Under the pieces are notes generated by a model. That model saw nothing but the letters and a program-made list of their open reading frames with translations. It was not told the DNA's origin and ran no database searches. A stretch of 64,000 nucleotides of DNA from Candidatus Eiseniibacteriota bacterium (GTDB taxonomy: Bacteria; Eisenbacteria; RBG-16-71-46; CAZAMP01): contig OZ245046.1 of NCBI GenBank assembly GCA_965224245.1, positions 1,632,001-1,696,000 of the forward strand, in the 5' to 3' direction. The translations under genes were made by a program, and so were the position numbers. Each line of letters starts with the position of its first letter. Position 1 is the first letter of the stretch. Positions 29,029 to 37,785 of the stretch are shown here, piece after piece.

Positions 29029-29958
29029 TCACGCCCGGGGGTGACACGCGCGATGCGTCTCGGTCAGTCGCGTCAGGTCGAGGTGGGTGTAGATCTGCGT
29101 GGTCGCGATCGAGGCGTGGCCCAGGAGCTCCTGCACGACCCGGAGATCGGCGCCGCCGTCGAGCAGGTGCGTGGCGAAGGAGTGCCGGAGCACGTGCGGA
29201 TGTGCCTGCTCCTGGAGATCCACCGCGCCGGCGTGCCGCTTCAGGATCAGCCAGAACCCGACCCGCGAGAGCGGCCCGCCGCGGTGATTGACGAAGAGCG
29301 CGTCGACGCGCCGCCCGCGCACGAGCTCGGGTCGCGCGAGCGTGAGGTAGTCCGAGAGGCGCGAGGCGGCCTCCCGCCCGAACGGGACGATCCGCTCGCG
29401 TCCGCCCTTGCCGATCACGCGCACGAACTGCTCGTCGCGATTCACGGTGGCGTGGGTCAGGCCCACGAGCTCCGAGGCGCGGAGCCCGGTGCCGTAGGCC
29501 ATCTCCAGGAGCGCGCGATCGCGCACGGCCAGCGGTGCCCCTCCACGCGGAGCGGACACGAGACGCGCGACGTCCTCGATGGACAGGACCTTGGGGAGCG
29601 GCCGTGCCCGCCGCGCGGCCGGGAGCCGCAGCGCCGGGTTGCTCTCGGCGAGCCCTTCGGAGACCAGGAAGCGATGGAACGCGCGCACGGCCGCGACGGC
29701 GCGCGCGATGCTGGTCGCGGCGCGTCCGGCACGCCGCAGCCCCGCGACGTGTCGCTCGACGTGCTCGCGCTGGGCCGTGCCGGGACGCGTGACGCCGGCG
29801 GCGACGAGATCCTGGACGTAGCGCATCACGTCGTTGGCGTAGGCGGCCACGGTGTTGTCGGTGAGGCCGCGCTCGACCCGGAGATGATCGAGGAACGGCC
29901 CCACGTAGCGCTCCCGCACGCGCGCGAGCGCGGCGCTCGGCGGTCGATCATCGGACAC
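29029..29958 (-). CDS. xerD: Tyrosine recombinase XerD
   Basis: VERGLTDNTVAAY, LPKVLS, RDRALLEMAYGTGLRASEL, GKGGRERIVP, HPHVLRHSFATHLL, LRVVQELLGHASIATTQIYTH. Confidence 0.9.
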   Translation of the reverse strand: MSDDRPPSAALARVRERYVGPFLDHLRVERGLTDNTVAAYANDVMRYVQDLVAAGVTRPGTAQREHVERHVAGLRRAGRAATSIARAVAAVRAFHRFLVSEGLAESNPALRLPAARRARPLPKVLSIEDVARLVSAPRGGAPLAVRDRALLEMAYGTGLRASELVGLTHATVNRDEQFVRVIGKGGRERIVPFGREAASRLSDYLTLARPELVRGRRVDALFVNHRGGPLSRVGFWLILKRHAGAVDLQEQAHPHVLRHSFATHLLDGGADLRVVQELLGHASIATTQIYTHLDLTRLTETHRACHPRA

Positions 29959-30490
29959 GCCGGCGTCTCCGCGGTCGATCGATCGGGACCTGCAGCGACT
30001 CGAGCTCCAGCAGGAACCGCTTCCAGCGCACGCCCCCCACGTACCCGGCCAGCTCCCCCTCCTTGGTCACCACGCGATGACAGGGCACCAGGAGCGGCAC
30101 CGGATTCAGCGCGAGCGCGCGACCCACCGCGCGCGCCGAGCGAGGCGCGCCGATGTCGTGGGCCAGGTCGTCGTAGGTCCGGACGCTGCCCCGCACGATC
30201 GCCCTCACCGCCCCGAACACGCTGGCCTGGAACGTCGTCACGTCCGCGAGATCGCAGGCCGGCGGCGCGCCGACGGGCTCCCCCGCCACGTACCGGCGGA
30301 TCCAGTCCACCGCCGGCGAGAGCGGGCCCGCGCTTCGGTGGATGCGCAGGACGCGGTTTCGGGTCAGTGCGCCGTGGGACGGCACGACGGGCGCGGCGCC
30401 GAACCCCAGTCGGAACGGGCCCCGCTCGGTGCCGGCCAGCCACAGCCGTCCGGCGGGCGTGGTCAGGCTCGCGAGATGGAGATCGATCAT
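29948..30490 (-). CDS. ogt: Methylated-DNA--protein-cysteine methyltransferase
   Basis: TTFQASV, ARAVGRALALNPVPLLVPCHRVV, GYVGG..WKRFLL. Confidence 0.92.
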   Translation of the reverse strand: MIDLHLASLTTPAGRLWLAGTERGPFRLGFGAAPVVPSHGALTRNRVLRIHRSAGPLSPAVDWIRRYVAGEPVGAPPACDLADVTTFQASVFGAVRAIVRGSVRTYDDLAHDIGAPRSARAVGRALALNPVPLLVPCHRVVTKEGELAGYVGGVRWKRFLLELESLQVPIDRPRRRRRVR

Positions 30491-32334
30491 GTCACCTCCT
30501 CGCCGTCGGTCGGATCGGACTCGGGGCGCGGGTTCAGCGACTCGAGAATCCGGGCCGCGGTCGCCCGGCCGATCCCCGGGAGCGACGCGAGATCCTCGAG
30601 GCTCGCGCGGCGGACGGCGCGCGCCGAGCCGAAGTGCCGGAGGATCTGCGCCTTTCGCGCCGGGCCGATGCCGGGCACGTCGTCGAGCGAAGAGGCCCGA
30701 AGGCGTCGGCCCCGCAGCTGGCGATGATACGTCACCGCGAACCGGTGCGCTTCGTCCCGGATGCGCTGCAGGAGCTGGAGCGCCTCGGAGCGCCTGGGCA
30801 GCCGCAGCGTCGGTCGTGCATCGGGAAACACCACGCGCTCCTCGCGCTTGGCCAGCCCGATCGTGGGCAGGGACTCGCGATCGTACTTGGCCAGCGCACG
30901 CCGGGCGGCCGCGAGCTGCCCCTCCCCGCCGTCGATCAGGAGCAGATCGGGCAGCTCGGTCCCCTCCGCGATCGCCCGGCTCACCCGCCGATCCACGACC
31001 TCCTGAATGGAGGCGAAGTCGTCGGCGCCGGTCACCGTCTTGATTCGATATCGACGATAGAGCTTCCGCGCGGGCTTGCCGGCCACGAACACCACCAGCG
31101 AGGCGACCTTGTCCGTCCCCTGGATGTTGGACACGTCGATGCCCTCGACGCGCATCGGAAGCTCGGACAGACCGAGCACATCGCGGAGCGCATAGAGCTC
31201 GGGCCCGGCGTGCGATCCGCCGCGATCGCGGACGCGCGCCTCCTCCAGCGCGAGGGTCGCGTTGCGCCTCGCGACCCGCACGAGCCCCGCGAGCTTGCCA
31301 CGCTTGGGCATGACGAGCTCGACGCGCTGCGCGCGGCGACGCTCGAGCCATGCGTGAAGGAGATCGTGCTCGGACGGGGGATCCGCCAGCGCCACCCGTC
31401 CCGGCACCGCGTCCTGACCGAGGTAGTACTGGATGACGAAGTGCTGGATCAGCTCGCCGCCGTCGAGCCCGTCGGTGCGTGCGAGCGCGCGGGTCTCCTT
31501 CCCCACGAGCTTCCCCGAGCGCAGGCGGAGCACCAGGCCCAGCCCGTCGTTCTCGCTCGACACGACCGCGAAGATGTCCACGTCCCGTCCGCCGGGGGTC
31601 TCGATCTTCTGCTTTCGCAGAACCGACTGCACCGCGCGCAGGCGATCGCGGAACACGGCCGCGCGCTCGTACTCGCGCGCCTCGGCCGCGCGCGTCATCT
31701 CGTGCTCGAGGTCGGAGACCACATCGTCGCCGTGGCCGCTCAGGAAGCGGCCGAAGGCGCCCACGATCTCGCCGTACTCGGCCTCGGTCACCCGCTTCGT
31801 GCACGGCGCCACGCAGCTGCCGATGAAGTAGTCGAGGCACTCGCGCCGGTCGTGCTGAGCGACGCGGTGATCGCTGCACACCCGGAGCGGAAACGCGCGC
31901 CGGAGGCGCTTGACCGTGTGACGGAGCGACGCCACGTCCGCGTAGGGCCCGAAGTAGCGCGAGGTGGAGTCGCCGCTCTGCCGGGTGATCTCGACGCCGG
32001 GAAACGCGTGCCCGAGCGTCAGCCGCAGGTATGGAAACCGTTTGTCGTCCTTCAGATTGACGTTGTAGCGCGGCTTGTACTCCTTGATCAGCGACTGCTC
32101 GAGGATCAGCGCCTCGAGCTCGGTGTCCGTGACCAGGTAGTCGACGTCCTCGATCTTCGCGACCAGCGCGTCGGTGCGCGGATGCGGCGTCCGGGACGGC
32201 GCGAAATACGAGGCCACGCGCGCGCGGAGAATGCGCGCCTTGCCGATGTAGAGGACCTTTCCCCGGCGGTCCTTCATGAAGTACACGCCCGGGGTCCTGG
32301 GGAGACCCGCGAGCTTCGTCGTGAGATCACTCAT
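30487..32334 (-). CDS. uvrC: Excinuclease ABC subunit C
   Basis: GIY-YIG (PGVYFM…LYIGKA..LRARVASYF), PRYNVNLKDDK, UVR domain, PDLLLIDGG, RDEAHRFA, HhH. Confidence 0.96.
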   Translation of the reverse strand: MSDLTTKLAGLPRTPGVYFMKDRRGKVLYIGKARILRARVASYFAPSRTPHPRTDALVAKIEDVDYLVTDTELEALILEQSLIKEYKPRYNVNLKDDKRFPYLRLTLGHAFPGVEITRQSGDSTSRYFGPYADVASLRHTVKRLRRAFPLRVCSDHRVAQHDRRECLDYFIGSCVAPCTKRVTEAEYGEIVGAFGRFLSGHGDDVVSDLEHEMTRAAEAREYERAAVFRDRLRAVQSVLRKQKIETPGGRDVDIFAVVSSENDGLGLVLRLRSGKLVGKETRALARTDGLDGGELIQHFVIQYYLGQDAVPGRVALADPPSEHDLLHAWLERRRAQRVELVMPKRGKLAGLVRVARRNATLALEEARVRDRGGSHAGPELYALRDVLGLSELPMRVEGIDVSNIQGTDKVASLVVFVAGKPARKLYRRYRIKTVTGADDFASIQEVVDRRVSRAIAEGTELPDLLLIDGGEGQLAAARRALAKYDRESLPTIGLAKREERVVFPDARPTLRLPRRSEALQLLQRIRDEAHRFAVTYHRQLRGRRLRASSLDDVPGIGPARKAQILRHFGSARAVRRASLEDLASLPGIGRATAARILESLNPRPESDPTDGEEVT

Positions 32335-33932
32335 GAGCCGACTCTCCGCCGGAGGCTCCACAGAAAGGACAGCTCCTCGCACCCGATCACGCGGGCCGCC
32401 GCCAGATACGATACCGCTCCCGCGCCCAGGGGCACGAACACGTGCGCGAGGCGTGCGACCCATGTCGGGTCCGGCATCCGCGTCCCGATCCCCCACGAAG
32501 CGCCGCCCATGGCCAGCGCGGCGATGGCGGTGGCCACCCCGATCCGGGCCAGACGGCGCACGAGCATCCCCCCGCCGACGTGGCCGAGCCGGCGCCGGAG
32601 CGCGAGGGTCAACAGGCTCACGTTCAGCCCCGCGCTGAGCGCGGTGGCGAGCGCCAGCCCACCGAGCCGCATCGGTCCCATCAGGACGAGGTTCAGCACG
32701 ATGTTGGACACCAGCGCAGCCGCCGCGCACCACACGGGCGTGCGCGTGTCCTGGAACGCGAAGAACACCGGCGCGATCACCTTGACCGAGCCGTAGAACA
32801 GGAGACCGGCGCCGTAAAAGGTGATCGCCTGCGTCGTCATCGTCGTGGACGTCGCGGCGTCGAACGCCCCCCGCTGGAAGATCAGCCGCACGATCGGCTC
32901 GGGCATCACCACCAGGACCGCGAGCGCGGGCGCCATCAGGAAGAACACCATCCTCAGACCGAATCCGAACGTGTCCCGCACGGCGTTCAGATCCCCCGCG
33001 TGCGCCTGGCGGCTCAGCGTCGGCAGCGTGGCGGTGCCGAGCGCGACGCCGATGACGCCGAGCGGCAGGTGCATCAGGCGCATGCCGTATTCGAGCGACG
33101 CGACCGACCCCGTCTCCAGGAGGCTCGCGAGGATGGTGTCCACCACGGCGTTGATCTCGCTGACCCCGATTCCGACCAGGCCTGGCGCCATCAGCGTCCC
33201 GATCCGGCGCACGCGTGGATCGCGCCACGCGGGAAGGAAGCGCGGCCTGAACCCGCGCCGCCAGAGCGGCGGCACCTGCACCGCGAGCTGCGCCAGCCCG
33301 CCCACGAGGACGCCGGCGGCCAGCCCCTTCACCTGGACCTCCGGCGCGTCGCCCAGCCGCGGGCAGAGCCCGACCAGCGCGCCGATCATGAACAGGTTCA
33401 TCACGCCGGGCGCCATCGCGGGGGCCCGGAAGTGCTGGAACGCATTCAGGGTGCCCATGCAGACGGTGGCCAGCCCGATGAGGACCAGGTACGGAAACGT
33501 GGCTCGGGTCAGCCAGATCGTCAGCTCGAGCTTGCCGGGCTCGTCGGCGAACCCGGGCACGAACCGGGGCACGAACACCGGGGCGGCCAGGATCAGTCCC
33601 CCGGCCACCAGCACCAGCACGACCCCAAGGAGCGACAGGACGGCGTTGACGAGGCTCCAGACGGCCCGGCGGTCCTCGGTGTGAACGGCCTTCGAGATGA
33701 CGGGCACGAACGCGGCGCTCAGCGAGCCTTCCGCGAAGAACGCCCGGAGCAGGTTCGGGATCCGGTAGGCCGTGACCCAGGCGTCGGCCGCCAGGCCGGT
33801 GCCGAGGAGATAGGCCCGCGCCATGTCTCTGACCAGCCCGAGGATGCGGCTTCCCAGGATGCCCGCCGAGAGCGTTCCGCTGGCCCGCGCCATGCGGCGC
33901 CAGGTGGCGATCTGCGCGTCGGGAGCGGTCAC
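32331..33932 (-). CDS. murJ: Lipid II flippase MurJ (MviN)
   Basis: SRILGLVRD, AYRIPNLLRAFFAEGSLSAAFVP, RLMHLPLGVIG, FQRGAF, FFAFQDTRTP; GTG start after GAAGGAAGG. Confidence 0.95.
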   Translation of the reverse strand: MTAPDAQIATWRRMARASGTLSAGILGSRILGLVRDMARAYLLGTGLAADAWVTAYRIPNLLRAFFAEGSLSAAFVPVISKAVHTEDRRAVWSLVNAVLSLLGVVLVLVAGGLILAAPVFVPRFVPGFADEPGKLELTIWLTRATFPYLVLIGLATVCMGTLNAFQHFRAPAMAPGVMNLFMIGALVGLCPRLGDAPEVQVKGLAAGVLVGGLAQLAVQVPPLWRRGFRPRFLPAWRDPRVRRIGTLMAPGLVGIGVSEINAVVDTILASLLETGSVASLEYGMRLMHLPLGVIGVALGTATLPTLSRQAHAGDLNAVRDTFGFGLRMVFFLMAPALAVLVVMPEPIVRLIFQRGAFDAATSTTMTTQAITFYGAGLLFYGSVKVIAPVFFAFQDTRTPVWCAAAALVSNIVLNLVLMGPMRLGGLALATALSAGLNVSLLTLALRRRLGHVGGGMLVRRLARIGVATAIAALAMGGASWGIGTRMPDPTWVARLAHVFVPLGAGAVSYLAAARVIGCEELSFLWSLRRRVGS

Positions 33933-34204
33933 CGGGCCTTCCTTCGGGCCGCTCGCGCGGCGGGGTCCGCCCCGCCGCCCCGGGGGTGGCCGAGGCCGGG
34001 CTATCACCGCAGAAACCTCACGGTTGCGGCGAAAAAGGGGGTTGATCAAGATTAGTGCTTCCCGCAGAATCTGCAAGTCGGTGATCACTCCGGTCGCGCC
34101 CGAGGGGGCGTGACCGATTCCGTTTCAGGGCGTCAAGCCGTGTTGACGCGGATCGGGGGAATCACTCGAACGCACTTCTCTGTAGTGCTTTAGCGACAAA
34201 CCGC

Positions 34205-34234
34205 TTGCATCCAGAGGGACACGTCCGGTAGAAT
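34205..34234 (+). promoter_or_regulatory. Sigma70-type promoter for the secreted Cys-rich protein
   Basis: TTGCAT-N18-TAGAAT. Confidence 0.45.
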
Positions 34235-34325
34235 GCCTCGGTGCGCATGCATCCAGGTGGAAGTGTGGCCGAGTCGGTTGCGATCGACGACAGCCGCGAC
34301 GTCTTCTTTGTCTAGGGGGGTCTTC

Positions 34326-35030
34326 ATGAAGCGGATTGCTATGGGTGTGGTTGCTGCGGCGACCCTTTTCGCAATTCCGGCAGGTGCGCAGCCATATCCG
34401 TACACGCTGGACATGCACTTCCAGCCGCCGTCGTACGTCGGCTGCACCGAGGGGGCAGTTCAGGACGTGGCGCTCAGCTGCGGCGTGATCAACCCGAACG
34501 CGATCGACGTCGGCGCGTTCGCGCCGAACTTCTGCTGGTTCATCATCGGCGGCGTTCCCGACGGTGCCGGTCCGGGTGCCCCGGGCGGTATCGGCGGTGT
34601 GCAGTTCGGCATCCAGTACGACGCGAGCGTCGTTCTCGGTGGCTCGTTCACGCTGTGCACCGGTGGCTCGGAGATTCCGCAGAACGATGCCGGCGGCACG
34701 TGGCCAGCCTCCGGAACCGGCAACGCGATTACCTGGGGTGGCGGCTGCTACCTGGTGACCGACAACCCCGACGGCGCGACCAAGATCGGCTTCCTCCCGA
34801 TCAATCCGGGCTCGGCCGGTGAGATCCGCTTCATCGAGGACCCGCGCATCGGCACCGCGCAGGCCGCCGGCTGTGACGCCGCGATCTCGCGAATCTGCCG
34901 CCAGTCGATGGGTATCGGCGACGCCACGGTCCCGGGCACGCTGGGTGAGGCCAAGTGCGGCTTCCTCTGCCCCGTTCCGGTCCAGGAAGCCAGCTGGGGC
35001 TCGATCAAGAGCATCTACGGCGACCACTAA
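34326..35030 (+). CDS. Secreted Cys-rich hypothetical protein with C-terminal SWGxIKxxY tail
   Basis: MKR…AGA signal peptide, 9 Cys, ends PVPVQEASWGSIKSIYGDH. Confidence 0.8.
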   Translation: MKRIAMGVVAAATLFAIPAGAQPYPYTLDMHFQPPSYVGCTEGAVQDVALSCGVINPNAIDVGAFAPNFCWFIIGGVPDGAGPGAPGGIGGVQFGIQYDASVVLGGSFTLCTGGSEIPQNDAGGTWPASGTGNAITWGGGCYLVTDNPDGATKIGFLPINPGSAGEIRFIEDPRIGTAQAAGCDAAISRICRQSMGIGDATVPGTLGEAKCGFLCPVPVQEASWGSIKSIYGDH

Positions 35031-35054
35031 GACCGGTTCGTTCGAGTCAGTTTG

Positions 35055-35085
35055 GAGCGGCGCCCTCGGGGTGCCGCTCTTTTTT
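35055..35085 (+). terminator. Rho-independent terminator
   Basis: GAGCGGCGCCC-TCG-GGGTGCCGCTC followed by TTTTTT. Confidence 0.85.
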
Positions 35086-35123
35086 GTTGTGCCCTCGGGT
35101 TCGCGCCCTCGCGTTTCCCGGTC

Positions 35124-35581
35124 TCACGTCAGAAGCACGCCGCGAGACACCGTGCGGTAGCGCGCGTTGTCGGGATGGCGCGCGATGAGCCGGCGCTCCT
35201 CCACCTTCGCCTTCCACACGTAGAAAGCCACCGACGCCCCCGCGACGAGCACGACGGCCAGGGTGGCCGCATCAGCGCCGTTCCCATCGAACCACCCACG
35301 GCGGCGGTGTACATCGGATGACGCAGGTGCCGGTAGATGCCGCTCGTCACGAGTCGTGCATCCTCGCGGGGCGTGGGTGCCACCCGAAAGGCGCGTCCGA
35401 GCGCAGCGAAGGCCGTCACGGCCACGAGCAGCGATCCCGCGAGCATGGAAGCGCCCACGACGCGAAGCGCGCTCAGAGCCTCTCTGGCGGTCTCGCGGGG
35501 TACGATCGCGGGTCCGGCCTCCGTGGCGGCAGACGCCACGAGTGCGCCGACGAGCACGAGCTGAACGAGGGCGTACGTCAT
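35124..35581 (-). CDS. Isoprenylcysteine carboxyl methyltransferase (ICMT/PEMT) family membrane protein, 1-nt frameshift near 35265
   Basis: LVTSGIYRHLRHPMY; the alternate frame continues TLAVVLVAGASVAFYVWKAKVEERRL…ARYR, the expected family C-terminus. Confidence 0.75.
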
Positions 35582-35670
35582 GTGACGCAGTCTACCGGTG
35601 TGGCCGCGGCGGTCGCCAGCCGGGCCGGTCGGTCTCCTCGCTCTCCTCCAAATCCCCCGGGTAGCTGGTG

Positions 35671-35676
35671 TATAAT
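35671..35676 (+). promoter_or_regulatory. Perfect -10 hexamer upstream of the CocE hydrolase
   Basis: TATAAT 46 nt upstream of the ATG; no clear -35. Confidence 0.4.
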
Positions 35677-35721
35677 TCCCGTTCGTTGCCCCGACACCAC
35701 GCTCGCCGATGAAGAGGTTCG

Positions 35722-37686
35722 ATGTCGACTCGAACGCTCAGCACCTTGCCTTCCGTCGCCGTCGCGGCCGTGGTCGTGGCTGCCGCATCGCAGGCGGACG
35801 GGGCCGATCTCGAGGTTCTCGTTCCCATGCGCGACGGCGTGGGACTGGCCACCCAGGTGTTCTTTCCGGACGACGGCTCCAGCTGGCCCGCCATACTCTC
35901 CCGCACGCCGTACGACATCGAGAGCGACGTCATCGCCGACCCCGAGTGGATCGGGTTCGTGACGAGCCGCGACTACGCTTACGTCATCCAGGACACGCGG
36001 GGCCGCTTCGCGTCCGAGGGAGCCGACTCGGTCTTCTGGACCGACGGCTGGGGCGCGCTGCAGGACGGCTACGACACGATCGAGTGGATCGCCGCGCAGC
36101 CCTGGTGTGACGGCAACGTCGGCATGCACGGCGGCTCCGCGCGCGGCATCGTGCAGTACCTGGCCGCGGGAGCCGCGCCGCCTCACCTCAAGGCCTGCGT
36201 CGTGCGCGCCGCCACCGAGGACTTCTACGACAACGCGTTCTTCCAGGGCGGAGGCTATCGCGAGTCGCTCGTCCAGGGCTGGTTCGACTCGATCGACAAC
36301 CCCGAGATGGCGGCGTTCTACTCCGCGCACCCGGTGCGAACCGAGTTCTGGGACCAGGTGGATCTGGGTGCACGCGCCGCGAGCGCACAGGTGCCGATTC
36401 TCAACATCGGGGGCTTCTACGGGGTCTTCGGGGAGTCGGCCATCGATGCGTTCCGGGCGCTGGAGTTCGGCGGTGGCCCCGGTGCCCTCGGGAACCAGCG
36501 TCTGGTGATCGGACCGTGGACGCACGACGGCATCGAACGCTTCGATCAGGGCGAGCTCACCTACCCGGAGAACTCCTACTACGGCACGAACACGCTCCGC
36601 TGGCGGTGGTACGACCGCTGGCTGAAGGGCATCATGAACGGCGTCGACGAGGAGCCCGCCGTCGACTTCTACCTGATGGGAGACCCGGACGATCCGCTGG
36701 CCCCCGGCAACCTGTGGATCTCCTCCGACGACTTCCCGCCCGACGTCGTCGCCACGCCGTACTACTTCCACACCGGCGCGTCGGGCGCACCGTTCGGCCT
36801 GGAGACGACGCCGGCGGAGGTGTCGGACGATGGGTTCTGGTACAGCCACGACCCCGCGACGCCGGTCGCCACCCGCGGCGGCCGGAATCTCGAGCTCCCG
36901 AGCGGCCCCTACGATCAGCGCCCGGTCCACGCGGGGCGGAGCGACATCCTGTCGCTCCGCACGTCTCCGCTCACCGAGCCGGTGATCGTCGCGGGAGAGA
37001 TCCGGGTGCGCTTCTGGGCGGAGTGCTCCACGCCGGACACCGACTGGTGCGCGAAGCTCATCGACGTGTATCCGGATGGACGCGAGATGCTGGTGACCGA
37101 CGGCATCCTCCGTGCTCGCTTTCGCAACGGATTCGATCACGAGGAGCTCGTGGTGCCGGGCGAGGTGCACGAGTACGAGATCGACCTCTGGTCCACCGCC
37201 CTGGTGTTCGCGACCGGCCATCGCATCCAGGTCTCCCTGAGCGGCTCGAACAACCGGCGCTTCGCGATCAATCCGAACAACGGCCTTCCGTTCGGCCAGT
37301 CGACGCCGGTCCAGGTCGCCATCGTGCGCGTGCGGGCCGACGCGACGTACCCCAGCCACGTCCTCCTTCCGGTCGCGACCGATGACATCATCGTCGCGAC
37401 GCCGCCGTCCTCCGGCCGGCCCTCTGCCATCCTGCGCGTGTCGGCGAGCCCGGCCCGGCGCGTCGTGCTGACGGCGAGCGGCGACGTCGTGCCCGACCGG
37501 GTGTCGGTCTACGACACGATGGGACGTCTCGTGCGCACGCTGTCCCCGACCTTCCGCGACGGGGGCGCGCGCTTCGTCTGGGACGGCGTCTCGCGGACCG
37601 GCGCGCGCGCGGCGCCGGGCGTGTACTGGGTGCGCGCCGCCGCGGGCACGCGCGACTGGACCCGGTCGGTCGTTCTCCTTCGATAG
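35722..37686 (+). CDS. Secreted CocE/NonD (PepX-like) serine hydrolase with FlgD-Ig/T9SS-like CTD
   Basis: VPMRDGVGLAT, RTPY, QDTRGRFASEG, DGYDTIEWIAAQPWCDGNVGMHGGS, IGPWTH; CTD VYDTMGRLVRTL…WDG…APGVYWVR. Confidence 0.9.
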   Translation: MSTRTLSTLPSVAVAAVVVAAASQADGADLEVLVPMRDGVGLATQVFFPDDGSSWPAILSRTPYDIESDVIADPEWIGFVTSRDYAYVIQDTRGRFASEGADSVFWTDGWGALQDGYDTIEWIAAQPWCDGNVGMHGGSARGIVQYLAAGAAPPHLKACVVRAATEDFYDNAFFQGGGYRESLVQGWFDSIDNPEMAAFYSAHPVRTEFWDQVDLGARAASAQVPILNIGGFYGVFGESAIDAFRALEFGGGPGALGNQRLVIGPWTHDGIERFDQGELTYPENSYYGTNTLRWRWYDRWLKGIMNGVDEEPAVDFYLMGDPDDPLAPGNLWISSDDFPPDVVATPYYFHTGASGAPFGLETTPAEVSDDGFWYSHDPATPVATRGGRNLELPSGPYDQRPVHAGRSDILSLRTSPLTEPVIVAGEIRVRFWAECSTPDTDWCAKLIDVYPDGREMLVTDGILRARFRNGFDHEELVVPGEVHEYEIDLWSTALVFATGHRIQVSLSGSNNRRFAINPNNGLPFGQSTPVQVAIVRVRADATYPSHVLLPVATDDIIVATPPSSGRPSAILRVSASPARRVVLTASGDVVPDRVSVYDTMGRLVRTLSPTFRDGGARFVWDGVSRTGARAAPGVYWVRAAAGTRDWTRSVVLLR

Positions 37687-37785
37687 CCGACCCGGTGCGC
37701 GTCGGCGCGAGGGCCGATCGGGGATGCCCACGACGCCGACGTGGGGTAGTCTCGACCTCCGATCCCGTTACCGGCCCTGGGGACG

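Noticed and set aside
29029-29958. Tyrosine recombinase as a prophage or island integrase
   Set aside because: Has XerD signatures, sits among housekeeping genes, and there are no att repeats, tRNA or phage genes
1606-30927. KOPS-like GGGNAGGG octamers oriented toward dif (+ at 1606 and 20000; - at 26543 and 30920)
   Set aside because: A counter-oriented copy exists at 30865, my scan was not exhaustive, and such octamers are frequent by chance at this GC content
29017-32796. 1259-aa + strand ORF, and similar long ORFs at 43857-47138 (+), 55908-59285 (-), 50613-53474 (-), 26101-28422 (+)
   Set aside because: Antisense shadows of well-supported genes in high-GC DNA; Arg/Ala/Pro-rich with no recognisable motifs
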